Assembly (NCBI GenBank): GCA_963817955.1
Contig: CAWFQK010000004.1
Coordinates: 1,088,001-1,152,000, forward strand
Source: an uncultured Gemmatimonadaceae bacterium
GTDB lineage: Bacteria > Gemmatimonadota > Gemmatimonadetes > Gemmatimonadales > Gemmatimonadaceae
DNA: 64,000 nucleotides
Reading direction: 5' to 3'
The notes under the pieces are model-generated. The model made no database searches. It was given only the letters and a program-made list of their open reading frames with translations, and was not told the origin of the DNA. Both the position numbers and the translations under genes were made by a program. The first letter of the stretch is position 1. The number at the start of each line of letters is the position of its first letter. Of the stretch, positions 60,593 to 64,000 are shown piece by piece.

Positions 60593-60824
60593 GCCGTCGT
60601 AAACCGTAAACCGCCGTCAGGGAGTCAGCGCCGTCAGGGAGTCAGCGTCGTAAGCCGCCGTCAGGGAGTAAGCGCCGTCAGGGAGTCAGCGTAGTTAGGG
60701 AGTTGGCGCCGTAAGCCGCCGTCAGGGAGTAAGCGCCGTCAGGGAGTCAGCGTAGTTAGGGAGTTGGCGCCCTCAGGGAGTTAGCGCCGTTCGGGTGTCA
60801 GCGCCCTCAGCAGTTCGCGCCGTC
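60593..60824 (-). repeat. 17-bp/10-bp composite repeat array 5 (reverse orientation)
   Basis: agggagtcagcgccgtc-type units ending in head agcagttcgcgccgtc. Confidence 0.9.
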
Positions 60825-60887
60825 CCCTCCCCTCAAACGGAATTTGCTACTATCTCTCCCCCACCCCCTTTCCCCCATCGGACTCCT

Positions 60888-62984
60888 ATGTCCCGCAAAC
60901 TCCTACTCCTGCTCGCTCTCGCTGCTGCTCTTCCCGGCCCTGCCGCATCGCAGGCCACCCCGAAACTCCCCGACCGAGCGGTCCGTCGCGACATCCCTCT
61001 CACCAACATGATCCGGCGTGCCTTCGCTGCCGGCACCCGCGACTCGACCGGACGTCCAGGCCGCAACTACTGGCAGCTCTGGACGGACTACACCATCAAT
61101 GCCCGTTTCGAACCCACGACGTCCACCGTCACGGGCCATGAAACGACTGTCATCCACAACCAGAGCGATTCCGCGATGCGCACGATCGTCATGCGCCTCG
61201 ACCAGAACATCTTCTCGCCGAACGTCCCGCGCGCCGAGCAAGTCACGGAGATCACCGACGGGATGAAGCTCACGAAACTCACCGTCAACGGGGAAGCCGT
61301 CGATCTCAATCCCCCGCCGGCTGGGCGCGGTGGCCGCGGCGCTGCTCCGCCGGCCGTGCGACTGGCGGCCTCGGGCATCAACACGACGTCCGCTCGCATC
61401 ACGCTCCCGAATCCCATTGCGGCCAAGGGCACGGCGACGATCGAGGCCGAATGGAGCTTCCGCGTGCCGCGCGCCGACAACGTCCGCGGCATTCGCATGG
61501 GGCGGTGGGCCGACACGCTGTATGAGGTTGCGCAATGGTATCCGCGCGTCGCGGTGTTCGACGATTTGCGACAGGGTGGGTGGGACACCGATCCGTACCT
61601 GGGCCCATCCGAGTTCTATAACAATTTCGGGCACTTCGATGTGAAGATCGACGTGCCGGCAGGCTGGATCGTCGGCGCCACGGGCGTTCTCCAGAATCCC
61701 CAGGAAGTGCTCTCGGCCACCGCCCGCGAGCGCCTCTCGCACGTACTGGAATCCGATTCCACTCGCACCATCGTCGGGGCGAACGAGCGTGGGCCTGGCG
61801 TCGCCACCGCGGCGGGCGACCGACTCGTCTGGCACTTCGTCGCCGACACCGCCGGCGACGTCGCGTGGGCAACGTCCAACCAATACGTTTGGGATGCTAC
61901 CCGCGCCACGATTCCGGGCAAGGGACCGATCCCGGTGAACATGTTGTACCTCCCGGGACATGCGACGGCATACGCCAACGGCGGGCCCGTCGCGCGACAC
62001 GCCCTCGAGTTCTACTCGAAACTCTGGATGCCGTATGCCTTCCCCGTGCTCACCATGGTTGACGGGCCAGAAGGCGGAATGGAATACCCCATGTTCATCA
62101 TGTCGAGCGTGGGTGCAGCAGACCACGAGACCGGACACGAGTGGTGGCCAATGATGGTCGGCACCAACGAGACCTGGTACGGCTTCATGGATGAGGGATT
62201 CAACCAGTACATGAACAGCCTGTCGCGATTCGACTCGCAGCACCAGCCGGCGAACCTGGATGGCCCGGGTCAGTCGTACGGACGCATGAGCGGCAACGAA
62301 ACGGAAGCGCCGCTCATGTGGGACGCGAACTACGGCGGCCCCAATTACTCGTTCCAGGCGTACTCCAAGGCGCCGATGATGCTCTCCATGCTCGGCGGCG
62401 TGGTGGGTGACAGCGCCGTGTGGCATGCGATGAGCGACTACGCAAAGGCGTGGCGGTTCAAGCATCCGTCGCCGTGGGACTATGCCTTCTTCATGAGCAA
62501 CGCGCTCAAGGACAAGCAGAAGGAACTTGGCTGGTTCTGGTACTACTGGCTCTTCACCACCGAGTCCGTGGACGGTTCGATCACCGGTATGAAGACTGCC
62601 GGCAACACAACCACCGTCACCGTTCGGCAAGACGGCCAGATGCCCTCGCCTGTGGTGCTCAAGGTGCAGTTCGCCCCGAAAGGTCCGGCGATCAAGCCAA
62701 TGCGCAACAGCAAAATGATCGACAGCGCGACGGCGATCGTCACATGGCCCGTGGACGTCTGGTTCGGCGGGAGCAAGACGTTCAAGGCCGACCTCACCTT
62801 CGGCGCGCGGAAGATCGTGCGCGTGAAGCTCGACCCGGGCTGTCGCTTTCCCGACCGTGACACGGCCGACAACGCATGGCCTCGCGATACCGCAACAGTG
62901 ACTCTCGCGGGCGGCCGCGGCGCTGGTGGCGGCGGTGGCGGCGGTGGCGGCGGCGGTCGTGGTGGACCGGCGTGCACGCCTTGA
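60888..62984 (+). CDS. Secreted M1 family metallopeptidase
   Basis: Signal peptide, GGMEYPMF, HETGHEWWP...DEGF; Gly-rich tail; paralog of 24853..26892. Confidence 0.88.
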   Translation: MSRKLLLLLALAAALPGPAASQATPKLPDRAVRRDIPLTNMIRRAFAAGTRDSTGRPGRNYWQLWTDYTINARFEPTTSTVTGHETTVIHNQSDSAMRTIVMRLDQNIFSPNVPRAEQVTEITDGMKLTKLTVNGEAVDLNPPPAGRGGRGAAPPAVRLAASGINTTSARITLPNPIAAKGTATIEAEWSFRVPRADNVRGIRMGRWADTLYEVAQWYPRVAVFDDLRQGGWDTDPYLGPSEFYNNFGHFDVKIDVPAGWIVGATGVLQNPQEVLSATARERLSHVLESDSTRTIVGANERGPGVATAAGDRLVWHFVADTAGDVAWATSNQYVWDATRATIPGKGPIPVNMLYLPGHATAYANGGPVARHALEFYSKLWMPYAFPVLTMVDGPEGGMEYPMFIMSSVGAADHETGHEWWPMMVGTNETWYGFMDEGFNQYMNSLSRFDSQHQPANLDGPGQSYGRMSGNETEAPLMWDANYGGPNYSFQAYSKAPMMLSMLGGVVGDSAVWHAMSDYAKAWRFKHPSPWDYAFFMSNALKDKQKELGWFWYYWLFTTESVDGSITGMKTAGNTTTVTVRQDGQMPSPVVLKVQFAPKGPAIKPMRNSKMIDSATAIVTWPVDVWFGGSKTFKADLTFGARKIVRVKLDPGCRFPDRDTADNAWPRDTATVTLAGGRGAGGGGGGGGGGGRGGPACTP

Positions 62985-62991
62985 TGTGACG

Positions 62992-63042
62992 CACTGCTTC
63001 AGTGGGGTGGCGAATCGGATTCGCCACCCCACTGAAGCAGTG
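62992..63042. terminator. Perfect 24-bp hairpin between convergent genes
   Basis: cactgcttcagtggggtggcgaat-cgg-attcgccaccccactgaagcagtg. Confidence 0.7.
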
Positions 63043-64000
63043 TTACTTGTTGTACTCGTCGTGCTGGCGCACGCCCGTGTGCAGCGCCGCCGCGCCGCCG
63101 TCGAGTCGGTACAGGACACCGACTTCCGCGTCGCTCATCGCGCGATCGTACAGGCTCAGGTCATCCCAGAGCCCGACGAAGTTCACGCCCAACCGGATGG
63201 TCGCTTTCGACACATCCCATGTAAACGGCTCGCGAATTCCCGTTGCTGTGCCCATCAACTGCCCGTTCAGGTAGAGCTTCGCCGTGCCGCCCGCCTGGCC
63301 GTTCAACCCCGCGAACGTGATGGCGACGTGCGTCCACTGGCCGTGCGTGAACGGCGGCCGTGACACGACCACCGTGCGTTCGTTGAAGAATGCATTCTTC
63401 TCCGGCGAAAGATTACCCGGATTCCATGTCGCGAGGTCACCGAATACGCCAAGTCCGAGCTGGCGATAGGACGGAGCCGAGTAGATGGACCGATTGCCGC
63501 GGGCGAAGTCGGCATCGGGACCATGGTCGAACGACGCGTGACAGGTGAGCGCCGTGCTGAGCGCTTTGACCGCATCAGGCGCTTCGGTCGCTGCCGGCGG
63601 GGTCGGTGCCCAATGAGGCGCCGTACTCCATGTCGCGGCGTCGAACAGCGCTGGCGACAGATCCACATTCGCGCGCCAATTCTGATATTCCTCGAGCTGC
63701 GTCAGCTTTCCGTTGACAAAGAACTCGCATCGTGTGGCGAGCCATCCGCCGGCCACCGACACGAGACTGTCGAGCCGAATGTCCATCAGGGGAGCCGAGG
63801 GCACGGGCTTGAAGATCGCGCGCACAACTGCTTTCGTGGCGGTGTCAGTCCAGATTTGCGGTGACGTAGTGTCAGCCACCGACGAGGCGCCGGCGATCCA
63901 CACTGGGCGATCATGCCAGCGTCCGTTCAGCACGGCACGCGACAAGTCCACGCCGGTAGGTTTGAGCTCGGCGACGGTGCGCGCAACCGGCTGCACGTAC
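63043..64000 (-). CDS. Partial CDS: hypothetical N-terminal domain fused to a LamG-like (concanavalin A-like) domain
   Basis: QWTHVAITF, KLYLNG and WDDLSLYDRAMSDAEV LamG motifs; the 5' end lies outside the window. Confidence 0.65.
   Translation of the reverse strand, partial: YVQPVARTVAELKPTGVDLSRAVLNGRWHDRPVWIAGASSVADTTSPQIWTDTATKAVVRAIFKPVPSAPLMDIRLDSLVSVAGGWLATRCEFFVNGKLTQLEEYQNWRANVDLSPALFDAATWSTAPHWAPTPPAATEAPDAVKALSTALTCHASFDHGPDADFARGNRSIYSAPSYRQLGLGVFGDLATWNPGNLSPEKNAFFNERTVVVSRPPFTHGQWTHVAITFAGLNGQAGGTAKLYLNGQLMGTATGIREPFTWDVSKATIRLGVNFVGLWDDLSLYDRAMSDAEVGVLYRLDGGAAALHTGVRQHDEYNK

Noticed and set aside
45677..60824. 17-bp arrays as CRISPR
   Set aside because: Units are contiguous with no unique spacers, and there are no cas genes.
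62910..62965. ggc/ggt trinucleotide run
   Set aside because: Simply encodes the poly-Gly tail of the M1 peptidase.

Overview
GC-rich bacterial chromosome segment. The gene types (secreted M1 peptidases, DUF2911/DUF4397/Ig-like exported proteins, many PAS sensor kinases) suggest Gemmatimonadota or a similar soil lineage; this is inference, not a database result. About 50 CDS can be supported. They include five PAS histidine kinases plus a likely pseudokinase, a kdpE/short kdpD pair ahead of an APC (KimA-like) transporter, an APC permease coupled to a GH2 exo-beta-glucosaminidase, a Crp/Fnr-DUF2249-SufT cluster with CRP-type boxes, a Tat-exported copper nitrite reductase, a GGDEF protein and several decayed genes. 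No rRNA, tRNA, CRISPR array, transposase or integrase was recognised. The most unusual content is non-coding. (1) A ~1.4 kb satellite with a 21-bp period, higher-order 41/83-bp structure and a divergence gradient sits next to an AT-rich leader, enclosed by ~245-bp inverted repeats. (2) Five polarised arrays of 17-bp/10-bp repeats mostly sit on gene stop codons; four of the five have an orientation-dependent, strand-specific loss of cytosine in the outer flank, hinting at an undescribed repeat-associated local mutagenic or mobility process.
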